From assembly GCA_964016885.1 (NCBI GenBank), contig OZ024757.1, positions 9,858,001 through 9,922,000 on the forward strand: a stretch of 64,000 nucleotides of DNA, read 5' to 3'. Origin of the DNA: Eledone cirrhosa. Lineage: Eukaryota. The translations under genes and the position numbers were made by a program. Below the pieces are notes generated by a model. The model did not search any database. It was not told the DNA's origin and saw only the letters and a program-made list of their open reading frames with translations. This document shows, in pieces, positions 19,728 through 31,654 of this stretch. Numbering within the stretch: the first letter of the stretch is position 1; every line of letters begins with the position of its first letter.

Positions 19728-22700
19728 ATGACCTCACTCAGAATAGGCAGCATAAATGCGCGTGGCTTGGGGTCGTCATGGAAGCAGGGTCACCTGCTCA
19801 ACGACCTCAGGTCACTAAACATAGATGTAGTGGCCATCAGCGAGACCAGAATCTCCGAAGCACGGGCCTTCGCACCGATCTTCGGCGGCTACGATGTGTA
19901 CGCTTCTCCCAGCCGTCCTGGATCGGGTGGAGGAGTTGCTGTGCTTTTTCGGAGAGGTTTGGATCTCGCCATACGGGCCATCTTCCTGGACCCAGAGGGT
20001 AAGCTGGTGGTGCTGGACGTGACCAGCGGAGACGGGCAAGCTTTCAGGCTAGTGGCCCCGACAGGAGCAGGGCGGCCTGATTTCTTCCGGCGTCTGGAGA
20101 CCTTTCTTGGAACGTCCCGCTCTTTAGTGTTAGTGGGCGACTGGAACGGGATCTTAGATGCACGCTGGGACTGTGTGGGATTAGCGGATAGGGGTGGAGG
20201 GTGCAAGAGCCTCACCAACCTGCTCAGGCGTTTTGAACTGTCTGACAGGTACCGATTGGATTTCCCGAATGTGCCAATGTGGACTTGGACAAACCGCATA
20301 GGGTCATCCATATCATATCTAGATAGAGTATTTTGTAGGGAAATAGATAGGTCTAGCATAGGCTGTCCACAATTCAAGATAGTCAGCTACACGGACCACA
20401 AATTCGTGATCTGTGTGCTTGACCTAGATAGGCTTCATAGACGAGGACCCGGCTACTGGAAGCTAAACGCGTCCTTACCAGCGCGCAAGGCCTACAGAGA
20501 CCGGATTAGCGAACTAGTTAAGCGGGCGTTGACGGGGGCCAACGTCAACAACAAGTGGTGGTTTGCTCTGAAAAGAGCGATTAGAATAGAATCGATTAGG
20601 TTTAGTAAGGCTTTAGCAATAGAGAAAAATAGAGCAGAGGGAGAACTAGTTAGAAAATTAGACGAGGCGCTTAGCAAAGGCATTGCGACCGACGTGCTTG
20701 CGGCGAAATTGGCCCTTGACCAATTCTTCAATGCAAAGCACGAAGGCTGCGTTGTCAGAGCAAGGGTGCGTGCTCTCAGACACGAGGGGACGAAAGCCGT
20801 TCAATGGGCCCGAGTGGCGAAGGCGCGTCGTGGCAACAAAGCCACGATCCGGTCTTTGGTGGACCACGACGGGCGCATGCTACTCGATCCCGGGCAAATG
20901 TGTGAAGCTTTTCAGCGACACTTCGCTCAGCTGTTCGGGGGCAGCGGTGGGCCGGGTAGAGGGATGGACTTTAGTGTCTACCTCGACGGACTACCGCGGC
21001 TCTCGGCCACTGACGCGAAGTGTTGCGAAAAGCCGATAACAGCCGCTGAAGTACGGGAGGCAATGTCTGGCTGCACAAGGGGTAAATCGCCTGGTTTGGT
21101 GGGTCTGCCCTATGAACTTTACGTACAGATGCCAGACTTGTACGGAGGCTTCTTGGCGGACATCTACTGCAACTGGCAACAGAACGGGAGAATTCCCAGA
21201 TCTGTGAGCCGAGGAGCGGTGACGATGCTGAGAAAGGATCCGAACATGGAGGATAACATAGATAATTTCAGGCCCATAACACTGCTAAACACAGAGTTCA
21301 AGAATTTGGCCAAGGCGCTAGCAAAGAGGTTAGCGCTTGTCGTTGGTGGTCTGGTGGGAGAGGTGCAGACATGCGCCATTTCCGACAGATCCATCCACGA
21401 CAACCTCCACTTCGTAGAGAGGGTAGCTAGGGAACCAGCCACGGGTGGGTCCTTGATCAATTTAGATCAGTCGAAAGCTTTCGATAGGGTCGACCATCGT
21501 TACCTGGCGGCAGTCCTGAAGGCGGCTGGCTTTGGGCCCGTTTCAGAGGCTGGATCGCTGCCATGCACAGCGACATCTGCTCTGTGGTGAGAGTGAATGG
21601 TCACATTTCGGAACCGTTCAACATCATGCGCTCGGTCCGCCAAGGATGTCTCCTCTCGTACCACTTGTACGTATTGACTCTCGAGCCATTACTGCACAAA
21701 TTGGAGACGTTGAGGGGAGTCCCGTGCGAACTAGGATGCGGAAGATCCGTGTCAGCATATGCGGACGATATCACCGTAGTGGTATCGAACGCCAAACACA
21801 TCGAGGCGATCGGCACTACACTAAGAGAATACGAAGCGGTGACAGGAGCAATGATCAACCAGGAAAAGTCAGTGGGCCTGCAGCTCGCCACCTGGAGAGC
21901 AAGTTCATGCCGTCCAATAGCGTCGTCGGACGCTGGACGGACGGACCGGTTAAATTGCTAGGGGTCTGGTTCGGTCCGGACCTCCAGACAGACAAAAACT
22001 GGGACCAGGTGACGTGCAGGGTGGCTTCTCCCACCTAGAAATGGACGGAGAGGAAGCTATCCCTGAAAGGTCGAGCAGAGGTGGCTAACGCGTACATCGC
22101 GTCTGTCATCTGCTACCGCCTGACCGTCGTACCTTGTCCTAAGCCTCGCCTGACTGCGCTGGAGCGTTTGCTCTTTCGCTTTTTGTGGAAGGGACGCGCT
22201 CCGATGGTCAGGCGGTCCATCTGTTGTCAACACCCGCTACGTGGAGGGCTGGGCATGCCGTGGCTGATGATGCGCAGGCACGCGCTCAGGCTACGACATC
22301 TCCACCTCTTCCTCGACGGTTATCAGGTGTGGTCGCCGTTTGCTAGGCGCGTATTTCCCCAGCTCGTTTCCTTGACGGAGCTGCAGTCCTGGGTCAAGCG
22401 AAGACCGAGAGGGAGTGACTGGAGACTGGAATGTCTTCAGGCGCTCACAGCCCTCGACCAATTGGGCAATGTGATCGGTGGAAACTCCACCTCGGCGTTC
22501 TATAGAGGATTAGTGGAGGGGAAGAGCGACGACGTACTTAGGGAAACTCTAGGCGTCGACGAAAATCAACTAGCCAATCTCTTCGGAAGAAATTTCAGGC
22601 CGGGGCCTATGGACAACTTCCAGAAATCTCTGGCCTGGCAGTGCTACCGAGGAGCCTTGCCAGTTCGGGATAAACTCTACAGGCATGGAGGTGCCGTCAG

Positions 22701-23124
22701 CCGGGCATGTCCGAGATGCGCGCAGGGCGACGAAACCGTCCTGCACGCACTCGTCCAGTGTCCGAAAATTGCTGACTTGTGGGTTTATGTCGAACACCTG
22801 CTGTCGCGTTTAGGACGGATCCGGCTATCATCTGAGTCCATCGTAAGGATTGCCCCGCCCTCCTCCTTTAGCCGGGAAGGGCAGGCAGTTTTTATCTGTC
22901 TGGTGGCCATGGCGAAAGAGATAGTATGGTGGACACGTTTGAAAGGGCTGAAGACGAACACTTACCTCTTCGGTGATGCTCTGATTGACTTTTTCAAATT
23001 TCATTTGAAAAGGAAAATCAGAGTAGAGAGGGAAGTGCTCTCTTCCCAGCATTTTGTTGAAAGATGGGTGAGAGAAGCAAGAATGGCCCGAGTGAATGGG
23101 CCTACTCTGAGTATATATCTGTAA
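19728..23124 (+). pseudogene. T2 ORF2 (APE-RT-CCHC)
   Basis: 19728-21590 (APE and RT N-half), 21563-21961 (YADD) and 22081-23124 (CPRCx8Hx4C). There are frameshifts and a TAG at about 22036. Confidence 0.9.
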
Positions 23125-23383
23125 ATTAAAGGTGGAAAACTGGGAGAGGGCACTTGCCCTGGTGGTCAGGGCCACTGTGGTCTTTTAATGGGCTTTCTCC
23201 ACAAATGTCCCTCGGAAGTCTCCCCCCTATTGGGGAATTTTTCATTGTTATTTTCATTGTTATTTTTGTTACATCCTCTGTTTTTGTTTTTTACACGCAG
23301 AAATGTCCATTTGTACCGTCCTGCATTGTCCTGCACTGTCCTTAATGTCTACTTTATGTAAACCCTTGTGGTTAATAAAGAAA

Positions 23384-23385
<2 letters not shown>

Positions 23386-23433
<48 letters not shown>

Positions 23434-23439
23434 ATTATT
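23386..23439. repeat. (TTA)n spacer between T2 and T3
   Basis: TTA run with one interruption. Confidence 0.95.
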
Positions 23440-23631
23440 GTCATCGTGAGCTCCGCAAAGGTTCGTTGTTTTCAGTTGTTTCAAATTGCCATTTATGGAA
23501 AATTTTTGTTCTTCGGTGTTTATAAGGTCACATAATTTGCTTTCGGAAAAGGGCACTCAAAAAGATTGGCGCCTTGAGCCCAAAATTTAAACTTTTATAA
23601 TTATCAAACAAAAAATTAGTTTGAAAAAAAC

Positions 23632-25617
23632 ATGGACGACTCACAGCTACACCTGGCTGACAGCCTTCCTCACAAACTAACACCTCACACCGACACCACC
23701 ATTGTAAATATTACTACGTTTGCCAACACTAAAAATATAAGCAGTAGCAATAAATTTAATTTGTCTCATGCATACATTCATTTCCCGCCATTACCACTGA
23801 CTGCAGGTGTTGAAGCCGCCACACCCACCACCACCCCAGCGATAACAGAAACAAAAAAAAATTATCTCGTGACATCGAAATGGATTCAGCTAGAATCGAC
23901 TCTTCCACACCGAACACCACTGACGCCACCACCACATCCACAACTGAAACTAAAAGTAACAATAATAAAAATAACAATAACAACAACAGCAACAACAACA
24001 ATGAGAATAACAACAAACACATCAACACCACCGTGTCGTTTGCCAAATCAGCCAAAAAATGCGAAACAATCGAGGTAACTCAGGAAGAAGTAGATGAAAC
24101 CAAGAGAATGGTAAAGAAAGATGGGTACAGGGTCAGCCCCCCCCCCCCACCTAATAGAAATGGAGCATCGGCGCCTATGCATCGTGTCTTATCGGACGAT
24201 TAATATAAAATCGCGCCGAGTGGAACGGGCATCCGAGTCCCAAATCCAAAAAGCTTTGGGACATGTGTGGGCAAAAAAACCCACATCAGACGTGGGCAGA
24301 AATATGGAATCGTGGACGTGTTCTTTGGAACACCACAGGAGGCCAGAGAGTACTCCATGGCCCCATTAAGAAGCGACGACTTCACACTCGTCCCAAACTA
24401 TTGTGGCCAGAGACTCGTAAAGATCAGGGTGATCCACGTTCCACCAGCCATCGAAATTTCCTGAGAAATGGCTGCCGTCCTCGCCGGCATCGAGGCCAAA
24501 ACTAAAATAATCGAAATAGCAAAATGAAAAGCAGGAGAACTGGTCCGGATCTGGGATGGAGCTCCTGATCCAAGCGGACCAAAAAAGCATTCAGGAAATC
24601 CCAGAGGTAATAGACCTCACTGACGGCAGCTACCTCACGGTAATCGTCGAGGGTATAAGGCCTAGGTGTGTCGTTTGTGGTGAAGGAACCCACCTAAGGG
24701 CTTTCTGCCCTCAGGTTAAAAAGTTGAGGCCACCTCTCTTACCCACCCCAGTAGCTCAACCATCAACACCACCAGCAGCAGAAATGGCAGCAACAACTGT
24801 AGCAGCAACAACAGAAGCAACTGTAGCAGCAGCAACCCCAGCAACAGTAGCAAAACGAACACTACCACCACCCAACGCGCCAGAACTAGCACCAGCGCCT
24901 ACACCATCCACCACGCCACAACCAAAACTAACGCCTGTGGAGGATTTTCCACTCCCCGACCTATCGCAACTGGAGACAGATTGTGACGACGAGGAGTGGA
25001 AAACAGTATCAGGAAAAAAGAAAAAAGGAAAAGAAGCAAAAAAAGAAAAAAAGAAAAAGAAGCCTAAAAAGAAAAAAATCCTCTTCCTTCCCCCTCCAAA
25101 AACAAAACACGGAGAGAAATAAATAAACTATCAAACAAAAAAAGTTAGGACAGCTATGCCACCATCCACACCAGCATGACCAACCCCATCACCACAAACA
25201 CCAACACCATCACCATCATTAACCCCAACACCACCATCACCAACACCACAAAAGTCACCAAAAAGCGAAACAGAAACAAACCCACCACAAACGCAATCAA
25301 AACAAAACAACCAAAACTATACACACTACACAGAATTGCATTTGAACAACAACCAATTACTACACTACATCCAACACAACACCAGAACCACAGAAAAAGA
25401 ATACATAACACCCCAAAAGTTCACACAACCTACACACATAAAAATCACTCGCATCACACAGAAAACGTACAAGACACTAAAACAAAAATTTCACAAAGAC
25501 ATCGGAGACTTCCGACAAGCACTTTCCAGGAGGATTTATAAGGACATCCTTCCGGAGGAGGCCAGAAGCAGTGAAAAGGATGGAGAAACCATCCTTTCTC
25601 TACGAGAAGTAAGGTAA
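23632..25617 (+). pseudogene. Alternative ORF1 (type B), frameshifted
   Basis: KSRRVERASESQIQKALGHVW, KTHIRRGQKYGIVDVFFGTPQEA and CVVCGEGTHLRAFC are homologous to, but clearly diverged from, type A ORF1. Confidence 0.85.
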
Positions 25618-25651
25618 GTGGTCTTTCCCATCTTTTCAACTCCATGTCAAC

Positions 25652-28600
25652 ATGACCTCACTCAGAATAGGCAGCATAAATGCGCGTGACTTGGGGTCGT
25701 CATGGAAGCAGGGCCACCTGCTCAACGACCTCAGGTCACTAAACATAGATGTAGTGGCCATCAGCGAGGCCAGAATCTACGAAGCACGGGCCTTCGCACC
25801 GATCTTCGGCGGCTACGATGTGTTCGCATCTCTCAACCGTCCTGGATCGTGGAGGAGGAGTTGCTGTGCTTTTTCGGAGAGGTTTGGATCTCACCATACG
25901 GGCCAGCTTCCTGGACCCAGAAGGTAAGTTAGTGGTGCTGAACGTGACCAGCGGAGACGGGCAAGCTTTCAGGCTAGTGGCTGACAGCAGCAGGGCGGCC
26001 TGATTTCTCCCGGCGTCTGGAGACCATTCTTGGAACGTCCCGCTCTTTAGTGTTAGTGGGCGACTGGAACGGGATCTTAGATGCACGCTGGGAGTGTGTG
26101 GGATTAGCTTATAGGGGAGGTGGGTGCAAGAGACTCGCATATCTGCTCAGGCGTTTTGAACTGTCTGACAGGTACCGATTGGATTTCCCGAATGTGCCAT
26201 TGTGGACTTGTCCAAAACGCATCGGGTCATCCAGATCATATCTAGATATAGTAATTTGTAGGGAAATAGATAGGTCTAGCATAGGCTGTCCACAATTCAA
26301 AATATCAAGATAGTCAGCTACACGGACCCCAAAATCGTGATCTGTGTGCTTGACTTAGATAGGCTTCATAGACGAGGACCCGGCTACTGGAAGCTAAACG
26401 CGTCCTTACCAGCCCGCAAGGCATACAGAGACCGGATTGGGCAAACTCGTTAAGCGGGTGTTGCGGGGGGCCATCGTCAAAACAAGTGGTGGTTTGCTCT
26501 GAAAAGAGCGATTAGAATAGAGTCCATTAGGTTTATTAAGGCTTTAGCTATAGAGAAAAATAGAGCAGTGGGAGAACTAGTTAGAAAATTAGACGAGGCG
26601 CTTAGCAAAGGCATCGCGACCGACGTGCTTGCGGCGAAATTGGCCCTTGACCAATTCTTCAATGCAAAGTACGAAGGCTGCGTTCTCAGAGCTAGGGTGC
26701 GTGCTCTCAGATACGAGGGGACGAAAGTCGTTCAATGGGCCCGAGTGGCGGAGGCGCGTCGTGGCAACAAAGCCACGATCCGGTCTTTGTTGGACCACGA
26801 CGGGCGCATGCTACTCGATCCCGGGCAAATGTGTGAAGCTTTTAAGCGAAACTTCGCTCAGCTGTTCGGGGGCAGCGGCGGGCCGGATCGAGGGATGGAC
26901 TTTAGTGGCTACCTCGACGGACTGCCGCGGCTCTCGGCCACTGAGGCGGAGTGTTGCGAAAAGCCGATAACAGCCGCTGAAGTACGGGAGGCAATGTCTG
27001 GCTGCACAAGGGGTAAATCGCCTGGTTTGGTGGGTCTGCCCTATGAACTTTACGTACAGATGCCAGACTTGTACGGAGGCTTCTTGGCGGACATCTACTG
27101 CAACTGGCAACAGAACGGGAGAATTCCCAGATCTGTGAGCCGAGGAGCGGTGACGATGCTGAGAAAGGATCCGAACATGGAGGATAACATAGATAATTTC
27201 AGGCCCATAACACTGCTAAACACAGAGTTCAAGAATTTGGCCAAGGCGCTAGCAAAGAGGTTAGCGCTTGTCGTTGGTGGTCTGGTGGGAGAGGTGCAGA
27301 CATGCGCCATTTCCGACAGATCCATCCACGACAACCTCCACTTCGTAGAGAGGGTAGCTAGGGAACCAGCCACGGGTGGGTCCTTGATCAATTTAGATCA
27401 GTCGAAAGCTTTCGATAGGGTCGACCATCGTTACCTGGCGGCAGTCCTGAAGGCGGCTGGCTTTGGGCCCGTTTCAGAGGCTGGATCGCTGCCATGCACA
27501 GCGACATCTGCTCTGTGGTGAGAGTGAATGGTCACATTTCGGAACCGTTCAACATCATGCGCTCGGTCCGCCAAGGATGTCTCCTCTCGTACCACTTGTA
27601 CGTATTGACTCTCGAGCCATTACTGCACAAATTGGAGACGTTGAGGGGAGTCCCGTGCGAACTAGGATGCGGAAGATCCGTGTCAGCATATGCGGACGAT
27701 ATCACCGTAGTGGTATCGAACGCCAAACACATCGAGGCGATCGGCACTACACTAAGAGAATACGAAGCGGTGACAGGAGCAATGATCAACCAGGAAAAGT
27801 CAGTGGGCCTGCAGCTCGCCACCTGGAGAGCAAGTTCATGCCGTCCAATAGCGTCGTCGGACGCTGGACGGACGGACCGGTTAAATTGCTAGGGGTCTGG
27901 TTCGGTCCGGACCTCCAGACAGACAAAAACTGGGACCAGGTGACGTGCAGGGTGGCTTCTCTCACCTAGAAATGGACGGAGAGGAAGCTATCCCTGAAAG
28001 GTCGAGCAGAGGTGGCTAACGCGTACATCGCGTCTGTCATCTGCTACCGCCTGACTATCGTACCTTGTCCTAAGCCCCGCCTGACTGCGCTGGAGCGTTT
28101 GCTCTTTCGCTTTTTGTGGAAGGGACGCGCTCCGATGGTCAGGCGGTCGATCTGCTGTCAACACCCGCTACGCGGAGGGCTGGGAATGCCGTGGCTGATG
28201 TTGCGCAGACGCGCGCTCAGGCCAGAACATCTCCACTTCTTCCTTGACGGTGATCAGGTGTGGTCACCGTTTGCTAGTCACGTCTTTCCCCAGCTCGTTT
28301 CCTTGACGGAACTGCAGTTCTGGGTCAAGCGAAGACCGAGAGGGATCGCCTGGAGACTGGAATGTCTTCAGGCGCTCACAGCCCTCGACCAATTGGGCAA
28401 TGTGATCGGTGGAAACTCCACATCGGCGTTCTATAGAGGATTAGTGGAGGGAAAGAGCGACGATGTACTTGGGGAAACTCTAGACGTCGACGAAAATCAA
28501 CTAGCCAATCTCTTCGGAAGAACTTTCGGGCCGGGGCCTATGGATAACTTCTAGAAACCCCTGGCCTGGCAGTGCTACCGAGGCGCCTTGCCTGTTCTAT

Positions 28601-29010
28601 ATAAACTCTACACGCATGGAGGTGCCGTCAGCCGGACATGTCCGAGATGCGCGCAGGGCGACGAAACCGTCCTGCACGCACTCGTCCAGTGTCCAAGAAT
28701 TGCTGACTTGTGGGTTTATGTGGAACACCTGCTGTCGCGAGTAGGACAGATCCGGCTATCAGCTGAGTCCATCGTGAGGATTGCCCCGCCCTCTTCCTTT
28801 AGCCGGGAAGGGTAGGCAGTTTTTATCCGTCTGGTGGCCATGGCGAAAGAGATAGTATGGTGGACACGCTTGAAAGGGCTGAAGACGAGCACTAACCTCT
28901 TCGGTGATGCCCTGATTGACTTTTTCAAATTTCATTTGAAAAGGAAAATCAGAGTAGAGAGGGAAATGCTAGCTTCCCAGCATTTTGTTACTCTGAGTAT
29001 GTGTCTGTAA
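25652..29010 (+). pseudogene. T3 ORF2 (APE-RT-CCHC), heavily disrupted
   Basis: MTSLRIGSINAR..., GDWN, YADD and CPRC...HALVQC, with many stops and indels. Confidence 0.88.
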
Positions 29011-29248
29011 ATTAAAGGTGGAAAACTGGCACTTGCCTTGGTGGTCAGGGTCACTGTGGCCTTTTAATGGGCTTTCTCCACAAATGTCCCTCGGAAGTCT
29101 CCCCCCTATTGGGGAATTTTTCATTATTTTTTTTATTACATCCTTTTTTTATTTTACACGCAGAAATGCCCATTTGTACCGTCCAGTATTGTCCTGTACT
29201 GTCCTTAATGTCTACTTTATGTAAACCCTTGTTGTTAATAAAGAAAGC

Positions 29249-29250
29249 AC

Positions 29251-29287
<37 letters not shown>
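29249..29287. repeat. (TTA)n spacer between T3 and T4
   Basis: TTA run. Confidence 0.95.
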
Positions 29288-29500
29288 GTATGCCATGGTT
29301 GACGGAGGCTCGGCTCTGTAAGGTATTGTAAATTTTGACCGCTATAACAATTGTAAATTGTTTAAAACTTTAAGCAAATTGTAGACAAAAACACCCTCCT
29401 CCTCGTGAGAGGGGTCTTTCTGTCCGTTATTTGGCCCTTCGGGGTTAAATAACCGCTTATTGGGGTTTTGTGCCCAATATTTATTTTAAGCCAAAAAAAC

Positions 29501-29858
29501 ATGGCTACGAAAAATAATTTTCACAAGTCACTCCCACTCATTCCGTCTTCTTCCTCAATCGTCACTACAGCAGAGAGAAGATTGTCTCTCTCCCTCCCTT
29601 CTCTTTCGCAAGCGACGCCAGTAAAGAAAAATTGTTTACAAAATCACGTGCAAAGCATGGAACATTTCTCCACGACGACGACAACGACGAAAAAGGTGTG
29701 CCGCAAATACGAAAAGCCATTTCATTCGTCTGACGTCATGAATAATAGCAGTAGCAGCAGTAATAACAGCAGCAGCAGCAGCAACAGTGACAAGGAAAAC
29801 AACAGTAGCAGCCGAAGCAGCATCAGCAGCATCATAAACAACAACAGCATTAGCAGCA

Positions 29859-29893
<35 letters not shown>

Positions 29894-31620
29894 AACCACG
29901 GCAACAGCGACGGCGGCAGTAGTCGTACTACCTGCAGCAACAACAAAAGTAACAGCAGCTCTGACGACAACAACAACAACAAGAACAGCAGCAAAGAAAA
30001 ACCAATCTCGTTTGTAGGTATCGCAAAGAACCTGGAAACCATCGTCATAGCAAATGAGGAATTAGATGAAGCGAAGAAGATGGTGACGAAAACCGGACAC
30101 CGAGCAATCTGCAAGGCAGCCGAAACATTTTTCGAAACCCAATAGCACTGTACGGTCACGTACTGTACAGTAAGCACAAAATCCCGTAGGGTTGAAAGAG
30201 CCACAGAGGCTCAAATACAAAAAGCCTTAGGGTCTCTGTGGCAGCGTAAAACGCATATCACCCGAGGCAAGAAATATGCCACCGTAGACGTACTTTTTGC
30301 CACACCCCAGGAGGCAAAGGCTCAATCCGTAGTGACCCTGAGGAGCGAGGAAATGGTGTTGGTGCCCTCCTACTGCGGGAAAAAAATTGTGAGTGTCAAA
30401 CTGACCCCCCCCCCCCCCCCCGGATGGCCTCTTCTTGGAAATGCCGCGTCTGTCCTCGTCGGAATCGAGGACAAAACAACTGTACTGCAAGTACAGAAAA
30501 GAGTAAGAGAAGATTGGGTCGGCACCTCCATTGAGATGTTAATCCAAACCAACCATGAGTGCATGGAAGCTATCCCGGATGTGATAGACTTCGATAACGG
30601 CACTCAACTGCCCATAAGTGTTGAGGGCAAACGCCCGAAATGTTTTCGCTGTAGATCGAAGACTCAGCTCAGGGCCTTCTGCAACGAGAAGACCCTGAGA
30701 AAGGAGAAAACCCCCACCTTCCGACACCGGCTCCACTGCTACCAGCAACAGGACAAGCGGCAACCAGGAACGATAGGTCCGTGGCACCCATGCCCACGCC
30801 ACGGAAATCAAGAACAGCAGCAGCAGTGGAAGTATTAACAACAACAACAGTAATATCAACAGCAGCTCCAACAGAGACTCCACTGCAAACATCACCAACA
30901 ACAACAAGTGAAAGAGTGGAGCTGGTACCCCTCCCCGACCTCACAGAATCAGACATGGAGTGTGAGGTGGGAGAGGGATGGCAAAAGGTCGTAAGAAGGC
31001 ACAAACGCAGAAGCAGCGCATCGTCGCCTTTGAAAAGGGAGGAAAGAAATTAAAAAAGTGTAAAGTCTACTGCAAAGAGACTCACAGCAGCAACACCACC
31101 AACATCATCACCACCCACACTAGCACCACCATCACCACCGGTGACAACCCCACCGCCAACAACACCTTCAACACCACTACCACAAGCACCAACATCGCAA
31201 ACACATCAACAAGACACACACACCCAGCAACAACGACAAGAAAATAGCAGAACCACACCCCACCCCCAGAAAAACAAATGCACGGCAATAAATACACACA
31301 ACAAGAATCTAATGACTTACATAATTGAACACACAGACATTTCACAACACGACTACATAATACCAGCACCAATCAAAACGCCAACTAACATAAGACTGCT
31401 AAAAATAGCACAGAAACAATACACAAACATTAAAACGAAATTCCCCAACGCAGTTGGTGATTTCAGAGACCTAGGAGGAACTATCAATCGAAGAGTATAT
31501 TCGGACATACTCATAGAAGAGCCGACGACCAGCCGAAGGGACGATTCAACGGTCCCTTCACCAGACGATCAAGTGAAAAGGGATGGAGAAACCATCCTTC
31601 CTCTACGAAAAGTACGGTAA
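29501..31620 (+). pseudogene. T4 ORF1 (type A), with stops and frameshifts
   Basis: Fragments 29468-30145, 30332-30838, 30781-31053 and 31141-31620. The knuckle is degenerate (CFRCRSKTQLRAFC). Confidence 0.87.
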
Positions 31621-31654
31621 GTTGTCTTTCCCATATTTTCCCATCCATTTCAGC

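Larger units (their letters stand above)
17375..23385 (+). mobile_element. Tx1-like copy T2 (full length; ORF1 intact, ORF2 frameshifted)
   Basis: Same 5' and 3' termini as T1 and colinear with it throughout. Confidence 0.92.
23440..29248 (+). mobile_element. Tx1-like copy T3: chimeric, with a different 5' UTR/ORF1 on the same ORF2 and 3' UTR
   Basis: The 5' end GTCATCGTGAGCTCC does not match the other copies. Nucleotide identity with them resumes at about 25578 (GGATGGAGAAACCATCC). Confidence 0.87.
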
